DNA from: Candidatus Latescibacterota bacterium
Lineage (GTDB): Bacteria > Latescibacterota > UBA2968 > UBA8231
Assembly: GCA_965243025.1 (NCBI GenBank)
Contig: CBDETY010000003.1
Location: 128,001 to 192,000 of the forward strand
Direction: 5' to 3'
DNA: 64,000 nucleotides
In this document: positions 53,459 through 63,403 of the stretch, piece after piece
Position numbering within the stretch: position 1 is the first letter of the stretch
Layout: every line of letters begins with the position of its first letter
The notes under the pieces: model-generated
Told to the model about the DNA's origin: nothing
Database searches by the model: none
Seen by the model: only the letters and a program-made list of their open reading frames with translations
Position numbers and translations under genes: made by a program

Positions 53459-54133
53459 ATGACGGCACCGGTTTCCTACGTGGTCAGCGACCTCCACCTG
53501 GGAGACAGGCACTTCTGTCACACCCAGTTCCTCGCCTGGCTCGACGGGCTGCCCGGGGAAGCGGCGCTGATCCTCAACGGGGACATTGTCGACAACCCCG
53601 GCAAACGCCTCTGCGCCGAGCACGACAGCGTCCTGCGGCGCCTGGTCGCCGAGTCGCACAGCCGTCCGGTGGTCTGGGTGCGCGGCAATCACGACCGCGA
53701 TTTCCAGCTGCCGGACCCGGGGGGGATCCGCTTCGAGAACCAGTGGGAGATCGGGCGCCAGCTGCTGGTCGTACACGGCCACGACCTCGACGCGGTGATG
53801 CCCCGCCACCGCCTGTTCAAGGCGCTCTTCAGGCTGTTTCACCGCGCCCTGGTTTTCGCCGGTCTTCCCGATGTCCACGTCGCCCGCTTCGCAAAGAAGT
53901 GGGGGTTCCTCTACGGAGTACTGAACGATCACGTGGCCGAAAAGGCGATCCGCAGGGCGGCTTCGAGCGGCCACCGCGCCGTCACCTGCGGCCATACCCA
54001 CGCGGCAATGGAGGTGCAGCGGGAGGGCCGCCGCTATCTCAACACCGGATCCTGGACCGAGGAGCCGCTCCATTTCCTGTCGGTCGTCGGCGAGCGCATC
54101 GCCCTCGAGGTATTCCCCGGGGCAACCCGGTAA
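53459..54133 (+). CDS. Metallophosphoesterase (LpxH-like)
   Basis: SDLHLG, NGDIVD, GNHD, HGH, CGHTH, NTGSW. Confidence 0.85.
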   Translation: MTAPVSYVVSDLHLGDRHFCHTQFLAWLDGLPGEAALILNGDIVDNPGKRLCAEHDSVLRRLVAESHSRPVVWVRGNHDRDFQLPDPGGIRFENQWEIGRQLLVVHGHDLDAVMPRHRLFKALFRLFHRALVFAGLPDVHVARFAKKWGFLYGVLNDHVAEKAIRRAASSGHRAVTCGHTHAAMEVQREGRRYLNTGSWTEEPLHFLSVVGERIALEVFPGATR

Positions 54134-54140
54134 CGCAGCC

Positions 54141-56564
54141 TTGCCTCTTTCAGAGAGCCTGTTGGACAGCGGTTTCCGGCCCTTGGCCCGGTGCGGGGCA
54201 GGATCCCGGCGGCGCGGCGGTTTCACCAGGGGTCTCCTCTCCTTTGTCGCGGTCCTTCTCGCCACCGGTTCCCGGTCGGCCGCGGCGGAGCCTGCCCTCC
54301 TGTGGCCGCTCGACCTCGATCCGGCCCTCTCCTCGACCTTCGGCGAAACCCGCTCGACCGCGTTTCACGCCGGCATCGATCTGAAAACCTGGGGCCGGAC
54401 CGGGTACGAGGTGCGGGCGGTCGCCTCGGGACACGTAACGCGCCTCCGCACCTCTCCCTGGGGGTTCGGCCGCGCCGTGTATCAGAAGCTTCGCGACGGC
54501 CGCATCGCCGTTTACGCCCACCTCGAGTCGTTCTCGCCGGCCCTGGCGCGAAGGGTGCGGGCGGCGCAGCGGAAAGCCGGCCGCTACACCGTCGATCTCT
54601 GGCTGAAGGAAGGAGAGCTCCCGGTCGCGCGCGGGGAGGTGATCGCCCGCAGCGGCGAAAGCGGCGCGGGGCCGCCCCACCTGCACCTGGAGATCCGCAA
54701 CGCCGGCAACGTCCCGGTCAATCCGCTGCTCCACGACTACTCCGTAACCGACACGAAGGCGCCGACCCTGCAGCGGATCGCACTTGTGCCGATGGACCAC
54801 GCAAGCCGCGTGAACGGACGCCCCCACCCCGTTTCGCTGAAGCTGAGCCCGGACGGAGCGGGGAAATTCTCCGCCCCCGGTCCGGTGAGGGTGCACGGAA
54901 GGATCGGCATCGCCGTCGAGGGGTACGACCGCGCCGACGCGGCCGCCAACAAGCTGGCCCCCCTCGGCAACCGCCTGCTCGTCGACGGGGTCGAGCGGTT
55001 TTCGGCGCGCTACGCTTCGGTCTCCTACTCCGACGGCTACCAGATGCGCCTCGATCGCTTCCGCATCCCTTCCGGAGGGGCCCTGCGCACCTATTTCAAC
55101 CTCTTCCGCCTGCCGGGGAACCGCCTGCCGTTCTACCGCCCGAAGGGGGAAGCTGCCGGGATACTGCTGTGCGGGGGAGAACGGGAAAGCGGTTCGGAGC
55201 AGGTTCTGGAGAAGGGGCCGCACCTGCTCGAAATCGAGTCGGTCGACGCGGCGGGCAACAGGGCCGCGGCGCGTTGCCGGCTGCTGGTCAATGCCGATCC
55301 GGCCATCATCAGCCCCCGACTCATCGTCGCGGATGGAAACCACGTCTTCGCCGAGATGGAGATCGCCGATCCCGATGACGACCGCGTTGCCGTTTCGCTC
55401 TCCCTGGTCGAAGGCGGAAAGGCGCGGCCGGTCGTGCGGCAGGAGGTCCGGGTCGGGCGGGGGCCCTACTCCTTCGCGCTGGAAGAAGGTGGTCCGGGGG
55501 CGGTCTGGGAGCTGGCCGCAAGCGATCCCGGCGGCGGCCGGGATTCCGCGATCCTGACCGCGGCGCCGTCCGCTTCGGCGCGGCTGACAGCGGACCCGGT
55601 CCAGGCCCACGGGGAGTACGTCACCGTGGCTCTAAAAAGCGACGCGCATCTGTCGGGGGCGCCGGCGGTCTCCCTGGAGGTAAAGAGAAGCGGCGCTTCC
55701 CGCCACCCGGTTTCCGGCACCGGGGAGGCGCTGCGCCTGCGGCAGACGGGTCCCCTTGAATTCGAGCTTACCGCGGACCTGCGCGCCCTGCGGGGAGCGG
55801 CGGCCGGGCTCATGGGTGCTCCGGGCCTTTTCGCAGGTCCCGTTCCGCTGCTGGTGGCGGTGCCTGCCCACCGCCCGTCGGCGCGGCTCGAGATCCCGGT
55901 GAATCTGCGCCCCGCGGTTCCGGGGGAAGCGGTGGAGCTGGCGTTCGCCGAGGGAGCGGTTTCCCTCCGCTTTGCGGCGACCAGCGCCTATGGACCTGTC
56001 TATCCCCAGGCCGCCCCGTTCGCCGCGGCCGGATCGAAGGAGCTGGAAAGCACCGGGCCCGGTTATGCCTTCGGACCGGTGCTGGCGAGTTTCGACGGGC
56101 CTGTCGAGGTGACCTTCCGTGTTCCCGGGGATGGCCGCGCCCCCGGCAAGCTCGCCCTCTACAGGCAGAGGAAGGGGGGATGGGGGTTCGCCGGCAACCG
56201 GCTGAGCCGGGGATCGACCCGGATCGGAGCCAGGGTGCGGCACCTCGGGCGGTTCGCCGTGCTCGCCGACGAAACCGCCCCGTCGATTTCCGGGTTGAAA
56301 CCCACCGGCGGGGCGTTGCTGGATCGGAGCCCGGGCCTGGTCTCGGCGAGGGTCGCCGACCACGGATCGGGGATCGGCTCGGAAACCGACCTCGTGATGG
56401 AGCTGGACGGCGCCGGGGTGATTTTCGAATACGATCCGGAGGCGGGCACGCTGCGTTACCGGCCCGGGGCGGACCTGCAGCCGGGGAGGCACGTGCTGCG
56501 GGTCGCCGCCCGCGACCGGTGCGGCAACGAGGCCGAGAAGCGGGCGGAGTTCACCGTGCGCTGA
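54141..56564 (+). CDS. M23-family metallopeptidase with C-terminal Ig-like domains
   Basis: FHAGID, YAHL, SGESG..PPHLHLEIR. Confidence 0.88.
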   Translation: MPLSESLLDSGFRPLARCGAGSRRRGGFTRGLLSFVAVLLATGSRSAAAEPALLWPLDLDPALSSTFGETRSTAFHAGIDLKTWGRTGYEVRAVASGHVTRLRTSPWGFGRAVYQKLRDGRIAVYAHLESFSPALARRVRAAQRKAGRYTVDLWLKEGELPVARGEVIARSGESGAGPPHLHLEIRNAGNVPVNPLLHDYSVTDTKAPTLQRIALVPMDHASRVNGRPHPVSLKLSPDGAGKFSAPGPVRVHGRIGIAVEGYDRADAAANKLAPLGNRLLVDGVERFSARYASVSYSDGYQMRLDRFRIPSGGALRTYFNLFRLPGNRLPFYRPKGEAAGILLCGGERESGSEQVLEKGPHLLEIESVDAAGNRAAARCRLLVNADPAIISPRLIVADGNHVFAEMEIADPDDDRVAVSLSLVEGGKARPVVRQEVRVGRGPYSFALEEGGPGAVWELAASDPGGGRDSAILTAAPSASARLTADPVQAHGEYVTVALKSDAHLSGAPAVSLEVKRSGASRHPVSGTGEALRLRQTGPLEFELTADLRALRGAAAGLMGAPGLFAGPVPLLVAVPAHRPSARLEIPVNLRPAVPGEAVELAFAEGAVSLRFAATSAYGPVYPQAAPFAAAGSKELESTGPGYAFGPVLASFDGPVEVTFRVPGDGRAPGKLALYRQRKGGWGFAGNRLSRGSTRIGARVRHLGRFAVLADETAPSISGLKPTGGALLDRSPGLVSARVADHGSGIGSETDLVMELDGAGVIFEYDPEAGTLRYRPGADLQPGRHVLRVAARDRCGNEAEKRAEFTVR

Positions 56565-56636
56565 AGCATGCGGCCCCGCTGATCAGTCGCGGAGGTCTGA
56601 CGTTTCCGGTGGAGTCCGGGACAGCAGGGGCGTTTC

Positions 56637-57446
56637 TCAGCCGCCGCCGGGGGGGGCGGCAAGGCGCTTCCTGAGCGACCGCGCCGTCTCCCGGAACAGC
56701 TCGCTGGAAGGGTCGCTGCCGTACGCGGCGGCGAACGGTGTCCCTTCATCGGCGCACCGGCCGATCCGGGGATCGAGAGGCAATTGCGCCAACATGTCGA
56801 TGCCGAAGCTCCCGGCGAGCTTCCTCCCGCCTCCCCGGCCGAACAGATTGGCGCGGTGGCCGCAGCGATCGCAGGCGAACTCGCACATGTTCTCGATGAG
56901 TCCGAGCAGGGGAACGTCGGTCTGGCGAAACATCAGTACCCCGCGGCGCACGTCCTCCAGGGCGATCTCGGAAGGGGTGGTGACGATGACGGCACCGGTG
57001 AGCGGGGCGGACTGGGTCAGGGTGATCTGCACGTCCCCGGTGCCCGGCGGGAGGTCGAGCAGCATGACGTCGATATCCCCCCAGTCGACCTGGAACAGGA
57101 ACTGGTTCATCATTTTCGCCAGCATCGGGCCGCGCCAGATCACGGGAACCCCGGGATCGATCAGCATTCCCATGGAAATGACCTTGATCCCGTGGGCCGT
57201 GAGGGGTCTGATCCGGTTGCTCCCGGGATCGACGGCCGGCCGGCCTTCCAGACCGAGCATTCCCGGGACGTTGGGGCCGTAGATGTCGGAGTCGATCAGC
57301 CCGACCGCGGCTCCATCGGCGGCCATCGAAACGGCGAGGTTGGCGGCGATCGTCGACTTGCCGACGCCCCCCTTGCCGCTCGAAACCGCGACCATATCTT
57401 TCACTCCCGGAATGGGTTGGCGATTGTGAACATGCGCTTGGGTCAT
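56637..57446 (-). CDS. mrp: Mrp/ApbC (NBP35) Fe-S carrier ATPase
   Basis: SGKGGVGKST, DIYGP, WRGPM, DLPPGTGD, ENM..F.CDRC. Confidence 0.93.
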   Translation of the reverse strand: MTQAHVHNRQPIPGVKDMVAVSSGKGGVGKSTIAANLAVSMAADGAAVGLIDSDIYGPNVPGMLGLEGRPAVDPGSNRIRPLTAHGIKVISMGMLIDPGVPVIWRGPMLAKMMNQFLFQVDWGDIDVMLLDLPPGTGDVQITLTQSAPLTGAVIVTTPSEIALEDVRRGVLMFRQTDVPLLGLIENMCEFACDRCGHRANLFGRGGGRKLAGSFGIDMLAQLPLDPRIGRCADEGTPFAAAYGSDPSSELFRETARSLRKRLAAPPGGG

Positions 57447-57485
57447 CTCAATTCAAAGCTCCGAAAGGGGGGTGGAATATCCCCG

Positions 57486-58331
57486 ATGCCAGTACCTACT
57501 GCAACCGCGGCGGTCACCGCCGTCCTCGCCTTCTGCCTGCTGCTTTCCTGCACCAACGTATCACGCATGCACAAGGCGTACGAGGCGGGTGACACGAAGA
57601 AGCTCGACAAGCTGATCGAGATCGTTTCTCGACCCGATTACCCCTACGCGACCCGCCGGAAGGCGGCTGAGGCGCTCGGAGAAATCGGCGAGCCGACAGC
57701 GGTCCCGGCCCTGATCGGGGTGCTTGCGGAGTACGATCAGCGAACCACCCTCAAGACGTCCTCCATGGCCTCCCTCGGGAAGATCGGAGACCGCAGCGCC
57801 GTCAAACCGATCGGGAAGCTGCTCGACCGCTCGCTGAACGACCCCAATGTCGAGGTGCGAATGGCCGCAATCCCGGTGCTGGGGCAGCTCGGAGGAACCC
57901 AGGCCGCCGAAATCCTCGTCAACGCCCTGGTCTACTACGATCTGCTGATGCTGCGGGAGGAACGGCGGTCTCCCAAGGGAGTCTTCACCGGAGACGAGAC
58001 CGACCTGGCGGCCCTGCGCGATTCGCTGCGCGGTCCCATGGAGCTGTTCGGAGATCCCAGTCTCGGCACCGGGCTGTTCGGGGACAGCATGCCGAGGATC
58101 ACGATGTTCGGCACTCCGATGGAGAACCCCGGCCGGGCGGAAGAGACCACTCCGCGCGAGAGGGCCCTCGCGCGCGAATCGCTTGTGACAGTCGGCGAGC
58201 AGGCCCTGCCGGTGATTCAGGGCCACCTCGACAGGAAGAATTCGACGGCGAGCCTGGAGAAGGAACTGCTGGCCATAGTCGAGGAGATCCGGGCGGGCGC
58301 GGAAGGGGGACAACCTTCTCCGGGAAGTTGA
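57486..58331 (+). CDS. HEAT-repeat lipoprotein
   Basis: Lipobox LLSC; AAEALGEIG, SLGKIGD, LGQLGG repeats. Confidence 0.75.
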   Translation: MPVPTATAAVTAVLAFCLLLSCTNVSRMHKAYEAGDTKKLDKLIEIVSRPDYPYATRRKAAEALGEIGEPTAVPALIGVLAEYDQRTTLKTSSMASLGKIGDRSAVKPIGKLLDRSLNDPNVEVRMAAIPVLGQLGGTQAAEILVNALVYYDLLMLREERRSPKGVFTGDETDLAALRDSLRGPMELFGDPSLGTGLFGDSMPRITMFGTPMENPGRAEETTPRERALARESLVTVGEQALPVIQGHLDRKNSTASLEKELLAIVEEIRAGAEGGQPSPGS

Positions 58332-58356
58332 CAAGGTGCCGGGCCGGCTCTATACT
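58328..58356 (+). promoter_or_regulatory. Sigma70 promoter (near consensus)
   Basis: TTGACA-N17-TATACT. Confidence 0.8.
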
Positions 58357-58439
58357 GCCCGGCCTTTTGCCCGAACCGATCCGTTGCCTGTCATCCTCCG
58401 CCCCGCAGTTTCACCAGACCGAACCCGGATCCGGAAGTG

Positions 58440-59189
58440 ATGAAGTACAAGGACATCAGCAGCATACTGGACGCCTGGGGCTACAAGCCGGGAGAGCTCA
58501 TGGTTCGCGCAATAGACGGCGGCGGCCGCAAGCGCAAGATCCAGATTCGCGTCGATCTCGGGCTGATGCAGCTCGAGTGGACGGACCGTCCCGACGGATC
58601 CCGGCCGCACAACAGCCGCTCCCTTCTCAACTACTACCAGAAAAAGCTGCGGGATGCGATAAGGGGGGGAGAAAAACCAGGCTTCTCGCTGTCGCGGGAG
58701 GACTGCTGGGACCTGAGCCGGGAGGCGATCCAGTACTACTGGCGGCGCATCAGTTTTTTCGAGCTCAGGGAATACGAGAGGGCCTGGGAGGACGCCGAGC
58801 ACAATCTCGGGATTCTCGACATGTGCAAGCAGTACGCCGAGCATGACGAGGACCGCCGGATGTCCGATCAGTACCGGGTCTTCGTAACCACCCACCGGAT
58901 CCAGGCCCGCGCCCTTCTCCTCCTCGAAGAAAAGGAGCACGAGGAGGCCTTGGAGGAAATTCGCGGCGGAATCCAGGAAATCGAGCAGCTTCTCGACGGC
59001 CAGGGAGAATCCGGCCCCGAGGAATGCGAGGAGCTGAAGTTTCTCAGGAACTGGGAGAAGGAGGTGGAGGGAAACCGGCCCTTGAGCCGAAGGGAGAAGC
59101 TCGATGCAGATCTCCGGGCAGCGGTCGAGGATGAGAAATTCGAGCTCGCCGCCTCGTTGCGCGACAAGCTTCGCCGCCTTCGGGATTGA
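58440..59189 (+). CDS. UVR domain protein, paralog 2
   Basis: KIQIRVDLG...DRPDGSRPH; C-terminal LRAAVEDEKFELAASLRDKL. Confidence 0.75.
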   Translation: MKYKDISSILDAWGYKPGELMVRAIDGGGRKRKIQIRVDLGLMQLEWTDRPDGSRPHNSRSLLNYYQKKLRDAIRGGEKPGFSLSREDCWDLSREAIQYYWRRISFFELREYERAWEDAEHNLGILDMCKQYAEHDEDRRMSDQYRVFVTTHRIQARALLLLEEKEHEEALEEIRGGIQEIEQLLDGQGESGPEECEELKFLRNWEKEVEGNRPLSRREKLDADLRAAVEDEKFELAASLRDKLRRLRD

Positions 59190-59338
59190 GCCCGGAACAG
59201 CAGTGAAACGGATGGATCCGGCCGGACCGGGAAAAACCGGGACTGCCGGAACGCACGAGCGCCCGGCGGATCGCTGGAACGCTCGCCTGCGGTTCACGCC
59301 CCGCGCTGAAGATGCGGGGCTTCCAGGGGGAGAACAGG

Positions 59339-59827
59339 ATGGCTGAAAAAACGGCGCTGAACAAAAAGGAGCGCCTCAAGATGAAGAAGCGGCTTCTGGA
59401 ACGCCGCGCCGATCTGATTGCCGATCTGCAGGGCAACGAGACCGAGATCGACCACCTGCAGGATCCCAAGGCGGACGATCTCGACCGCGCCGTCGAAGCG
59501 GGAACCATGGAGCTGCTGGTCGCCCTGGGGGATACGGAGCGCCGCGAGCTGGAGGAGATCACCCTCGCCCTCGAAAAGCTCGAGACCAACACCTACGGCA
59601 AATGCGAGGCCTGTCTGGAGACTCCCCTGAAGCTGTGCCCGACCTGCCCCCTCATCCCGCCGCTGCGGCTGAACGCCCTGCCGACCGCCCGCCTCTGCGT
59701 CGCCTGCCAGGAAGCCGAAGAGAAGAACCAGATCCCGAACTACACCCGCCTCAGGCCGCGGCGCCTGATCTTCGGCGAGGAGGAGGAATTCTCCCATCCC
59801 CTGATGGATTCGAACGACGACAGCTGA
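59339..59827 (+). CDS. TraR/DksA-family regulator with an extra CxxC
   Basis: Coiled-coil tip DDLDRA; YGKCEAC...CPTC...RLNALPTARLCVAC. Confidence 0.85.
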   Translation: MAEKTALNKKERLKMKKRLLERRADLIADLQGNETEIDHLQDPKADDLDRAVEAGTMELLVALGDTERRELEEITLALEKLETNTYGKCEACLETPLKLCPTCPLIPPLRLNALPTARLCVACQEAEEKNQIPNYTRLRPRRLIFGEEEEFSHPLMDSNDDS

Positions 59828-59831
59828 GGCC

Positions 59832-61322
59832 CTACTCGCCGGTCTTCCTCAACTCGGCCAGGTCCGCCATCGTCGCGACCCGCAGGCCCGCGAGGGCGCG
59901 CTGGTAATCGATCGCCTCGCGCAACCCGTCCAGCCGCGCCTGGGTCAGGGCGGTCTGGGCCTGCAGCAGTTCCTGGCTGTCGGCCAGCCCCAGCTCGAAA
60001 CGACTGCGCTCCACGTCGTAGGTTCGCTCGGCCACCGTCAGTTCTTCCCGCCCCAGTTCGATCTGCTGTTCCGCCTCCCTGACGTTGCGCACAGCGTCGC
60101 GGATCTCACGCGCTATCCGGCGCTCGACCGATTCGGTGTTGAGCAGTGACTTCTCCAGGTCGATCTCGGCCCGGCGCACGCGGGCGCGGCGTTCCCCGCC
60201 GTCGACGAGCGGCAGTTCCATGCGCACCCCGGCGGAAACGAAGCTGCGTTCGAAGGTGCTGCTGACGTCGCTGGCGTCCTGTCCGCGGCCCAGCAGGGTC
60301 AACCTCGTGGTCAGCTGCGCGGTGGGGCCCAGCTGCTGCTCGAGATCTTTCAGCGAGAGCTCGGAGGACTGCCGCGCCCACTCCGCCTCCCGCAGGTCGC
60401 TGCGCCGGCGCAGCCCGAACTCGACCGCGGGGCCTTCGGCGATCGGAACTGTTTCGTGATCGACCGAGGTCAGCACATCGAGCGGGTCGTCCATTTGCAT
60501 CCCGAGTATCTCCCGCAAGCGGTCGCGCTGGCGTTCGATCTGCGTCTGCGCCCGGTTGAATTCCGCCTCTGCGCGAAGCTTCTCGACACTGAGGTGAAGC
60601 GCCTCCACCTCGGCGATCAGCCCGATCTCGAACTTGCGCAGGGCGAGATCGAGGGCCGCCGTCGACTGCTCGAGCCGCTGTTGCTGGATCTCGAGCTCGC
60701 GGATCGCCTGCACGAGGTCGTAGAAGGAGTTGGTGACCTGCTCCTCGAGCTGCAGCTCGCGGCGGTGCAGGTTCGATTGGCTGATCGAGAGCCCGATTTC
60801 GGCCTGCTGCAGCTGGATTTCGGCGGCCGGGGTGAAGAGGAGGTCGCGCGTGTAGGCGACCTGGAGGTCGCCGATGAACTCGCGCCGGTCGACGCGGCGG
60901 TTGGAGCTGAAGTCGTTGCGCGAGCCCGAGGCGGTAACGCTGAGCCTGCCGACGTGGGGAATCCGTTGCGACATCGTCGTCCGGCCCTGGTATTCCATGG
61001 TGGTGTTCTCTTCGCGGACTCTCTGGATCAGGGCGATGTCGTCCTGGAGCTGGCGGCTCTCGGAATAGGTTGGCAGGTCGAAGGAGGCGTCGATGCCCAA
61101 CCCGAATTCGGAGCGCGCCTGGCGCAGCTGCTCCCGGGTGGCCTCGACATCGCGGAGGTCGCTGAGGTATCCGAGATTCTGTCTGGCCGCCAGATCGATG
61201 CATTCCCGCAGCGAGAGCGGCGCCGCCGGGGATGAGCGAGCGGCGAGCAGGGCGAGGGCGAAGACGGCCGCGGCCAGGGGCAGGCCTTTCTTCCACACGG
61301 GGTTCCGTCGGCTGTTCGGCAT
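59832..61322 (-). CDS. TolC-family outer-membrane efflux protein
   Basis: LSLRECIDLA, KFEIGLI, LPLVDGG, RFELGL repeats; signal peptide. Confidence 0.85.
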   Translation of the reverse strand: MPNSRRNPVWKKGLPLAAAVFALALLAARSSPAAPLSLRECIDLAARQNLGYLSDLRDVEATREQLRQARSEFGLGIDASFDLPTYSESRQLQDDIALIQRVREENTTMEYQGRTTMSQRIPHVGRLSVTASGSRNDFSSNRRVDRREFIGDLQVAYTRDLLFTPAAEIQLQQAEIGLSISQSNLHRRELQLEEQVTNSFYDLVQAIRELEIQQQRLEQSTAALDLALRKFEIGLIAEVEALHLSVEKLRAEAEFNRAQTQIERQRDRLREILGMQMDDPLDVLTSVDHETVPIAEGPAVEFGLRRRSDLREAEWARQSSELSLKDLEQQLGPTAQLTTRLTLLGRGQDASDVSSTFERSFVSAGVRMELPLVDGGERRARVRRAEIDLEKSLLNTESVERRIAREIRDAVRNVREAEQQIELGREELTVAERTYDVERSRFELGLADSQELLQAQTALTQARLDGLREAIDYQRALAGLRVATMADLAELRKTGE

Positions 61323-61487
61323 GGGGTGAAATTCTCGCAAGTTTTTGTATTTTTGGATGATAGGGTATTCTGAAAGCGGTGCCGGAATTCTAATTACTCG
61401 GCCGAACCTCATCAAACCGGGAACCGGAGAAAACGGCCTGCCGCCGCTGCCGCGGTCCGCCGGGGCCGACCCGGGCAGGCGGGGGTA

Positions 61488-62435
61488 ATGGGGCTTTGTC
61501 TGGTTACCGGCGGAGCCGGATTCATCGGCCGCTGGCTGGTTTCCGAGTTGCTGCAACGCCGCAGGCGGGTCATCGTCCTCGACAATCTGTCGGGAGGATG
61601 CCGCGCCAATCTCGCGGAGTTCTCCGGCCGTCCCGGATACGAGGGGCTGATCCGGGGGGACATCCGCAACCCCGGAACCTTGTACGAGCTTTTCTTCCGC
61701 GGCCTCGAGTGCTGCTACCATCTCGCCCCGGGAACCGGTGCGGGGAAATCGCTCGGAAAACCGCAGGAAACCTTCGAGAGCGTCGTTGGCGGCACCATGA
61801 GGTTGCTCGAAATGTGCCGGGAGTACGACACGAAAATGGTTTTCGTCAGCACTTCCCGCGTCTATGCCGAGAGCGGCACGGCCATTGCCGAGGACTTCCC
61901 GCTGGCGCCCCGGTCCCCGTACGCGGCCTGCAAGCTGGCCGCCGAGAACCTCTGTCTCGGATACCACCGGGCCTACCGCCTCCCCGTCGCCGTCGTGCGG
62001 CCGTTCGCCATCTACGGCCCCTTTCAGAGATGCGAACTGGAAGGGGGGATTGTCGCCCGCCTGCAACGGACAGGTGGATCTCCCCTCCCGCGCGGGGACG
62101 GGGAGCGGATCCGGGATTTCGTGTACGTGGAAGACTGCGCCGCCCTGGTGGCCGCGGCCGGGCTCCTGAGGCGCTGCGAAGGTGAGATCCTCAACGCCGC
62201 CAGCGGCCGCGGCGTCCCCCTCGGGGAGCTGGCGGAAATGATCGCCGGAGATCCGGCAGCGGTCGCCGCCCGAAAGCATCAGCCCACCCGGGGGGAACCC
62301 TCGAGAAGGGTGGGAGACGGCTCCAGGGCCGAGGCTCTCGCAGGCTGGAAAGCCTCGGTGGGCATCCGCGAGGGGATCGGCAGGACCAGGGCGTGGATGG
62401 AGGCTGCGGCCGGGGAAGAACAGGGAACGGAATGA
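61488..62435 (+). CDS. NAD-dependent epimerase/dehydratase
   Basis: TGGAGFIG, YAACK, YGP, RDFVYVED. Confidence 0.85.
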   Translation: MGLCLVTGGAGFIGRWLVSELLQRRRRVIVLDNLSGGCRANLAEFSGRPGYEGLIRGDIRNPGTLYELFFRGLECCYHLAPGTGAGKSLGKPQETFESVVGGTMRLLEMCREYDTKMVFVSTSRVYAESGTAIAEDFPLAPRSPYAACKLAAENLCLGYHRAYRLPVAVVRPFAIYGPFQRCELEGGIVARLQRTGGSPLPRGDGERIRDFVYVEDCAALVAAAGLLRRCEGEILNAASGRGVPLGELAEMIAGDPAAVAARKHQPTRGEPSRRVGDGSRAEALAGWKASVGIREGIGRTRAWMEAAAGEEQGTE

Positions 62436-63403
62436 CGTCGACACTTGTCACCGGGGGCGCCGGTTTCATCGGTTCCCACCTGGTGGGGGAACTGCTCGCG
62501 AAAGGACACCGGGTCCGCGTACTCGACAATTTCTCCTCCGGCAGGCGCGAGCGCCTCGAGCCGTTCTCCGGGGAGATCGAGATCGTCGATGGGGACCTGC
62601 GCAGCCGGCAGACGGTGCGCGAGGCGGTTCACGGGGTCGACTTCGTCCTCCACCAGGCGGCGGTGCCCTCGGTGCCGCAGTCGGTGGAGGACCCGGTTAC
62701 CACCAACGACGTCAACGTCGGGGGCACCCTCCACCTTCTCGAAGCGGCGCGGGATTCCGGGGTCAGGCGCCTGGTCAACGCCTCTTCCTGCTCGGTGTAC
62801 GGCGACAGCGAAACCGTGCCGAAGACCGAGGACATGGTGCCTGAACCGATTTCCCCGTACGCCGTTTCCAAGTTGACGGGGGAGTACTACTGCCGGGTGT
62901 TCTCGCATCTGTACGGTTTCGAAACGGTGTCCCTGAGGTATTTCAACGCTTTCGGGCCGGGAATGGATCCCGGTTCCGAGTACGCCGCATTCATCGCCAT
63001 CTTCACGGTTGGGCTGATCGAGGGCAGGCCGCTGACCATCAACGGCGACGGCACCTTCGTCCGGGATTTCACCTACGTCGGGAACGTCGTCGACGCCAAC
63101 ATCAGAGCCCTCGAAGCCGAAGGGGTCAGCGGGGAGGTCTTCAACGTTGGGTGCGGGGCCACCACCAGTCTGAACGAGGTGGTCGAAATCCTCAGGAAGC
63201 TGCTGGGGACGGAGGGAGACATCCGCCACGGACCGGAGCGGCCCGGCGATATCAGGCGATCACTCGCCGGCATCGACACGGCGCGCCGGAAGCTGGGGTA
63301 CGTGCCCCGGGTGCCGGCGCGCGAGGGACTCGAGCGCACCGTCGAGTGGTACAGAAACGGGGGCAGAGGGTCGAGGACCGGCCGGGAAGAACGGCCTGGA
63401 TGA
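62432..63403 (+). CDS. WbpP-like UDP-GlcNAc(A) 4-epimerase family SDR
   Basis: TGGAGFIGSH, HQAAVPSVPQS, YAVSK, LRYFN, RDFTYV. Confidence 0.88.
   Translation: MTSTLVTGGAGFIGSHLVGELLAKGHRVRVLDNFSSGRRERLEPFSGEIEIVDGDLRSRQTVREAVHGVDFVLHQAAVPSVPQSVEDPVTTNDVNVGGTLHLLEAARDSGVRRLVNASSCSVYGDSETVPKTEDMVPEPISPYAVSKLTGEYYCRVFSHLYGFETVSLRYFNAFGPGMDPGSEYAAFIAIFTVGLIEGRPLTINGDGTFVRDFTYVGNVVDANIRALEAEGVSGEVFNVGCGATTSLNEVVEILRKLLGTEGDIRHGPERPGDIRRSLAGIDTARRKLGYVPRVPAREGLERTVEWYRNGGRGSRTGREERPG

Noticed and set aside
61323-61487. JUMPStart/ops element before the nucleotide-sugar genes
   Set aside because: No GGCGGTAG match; only an AT-rich divergent promoter region
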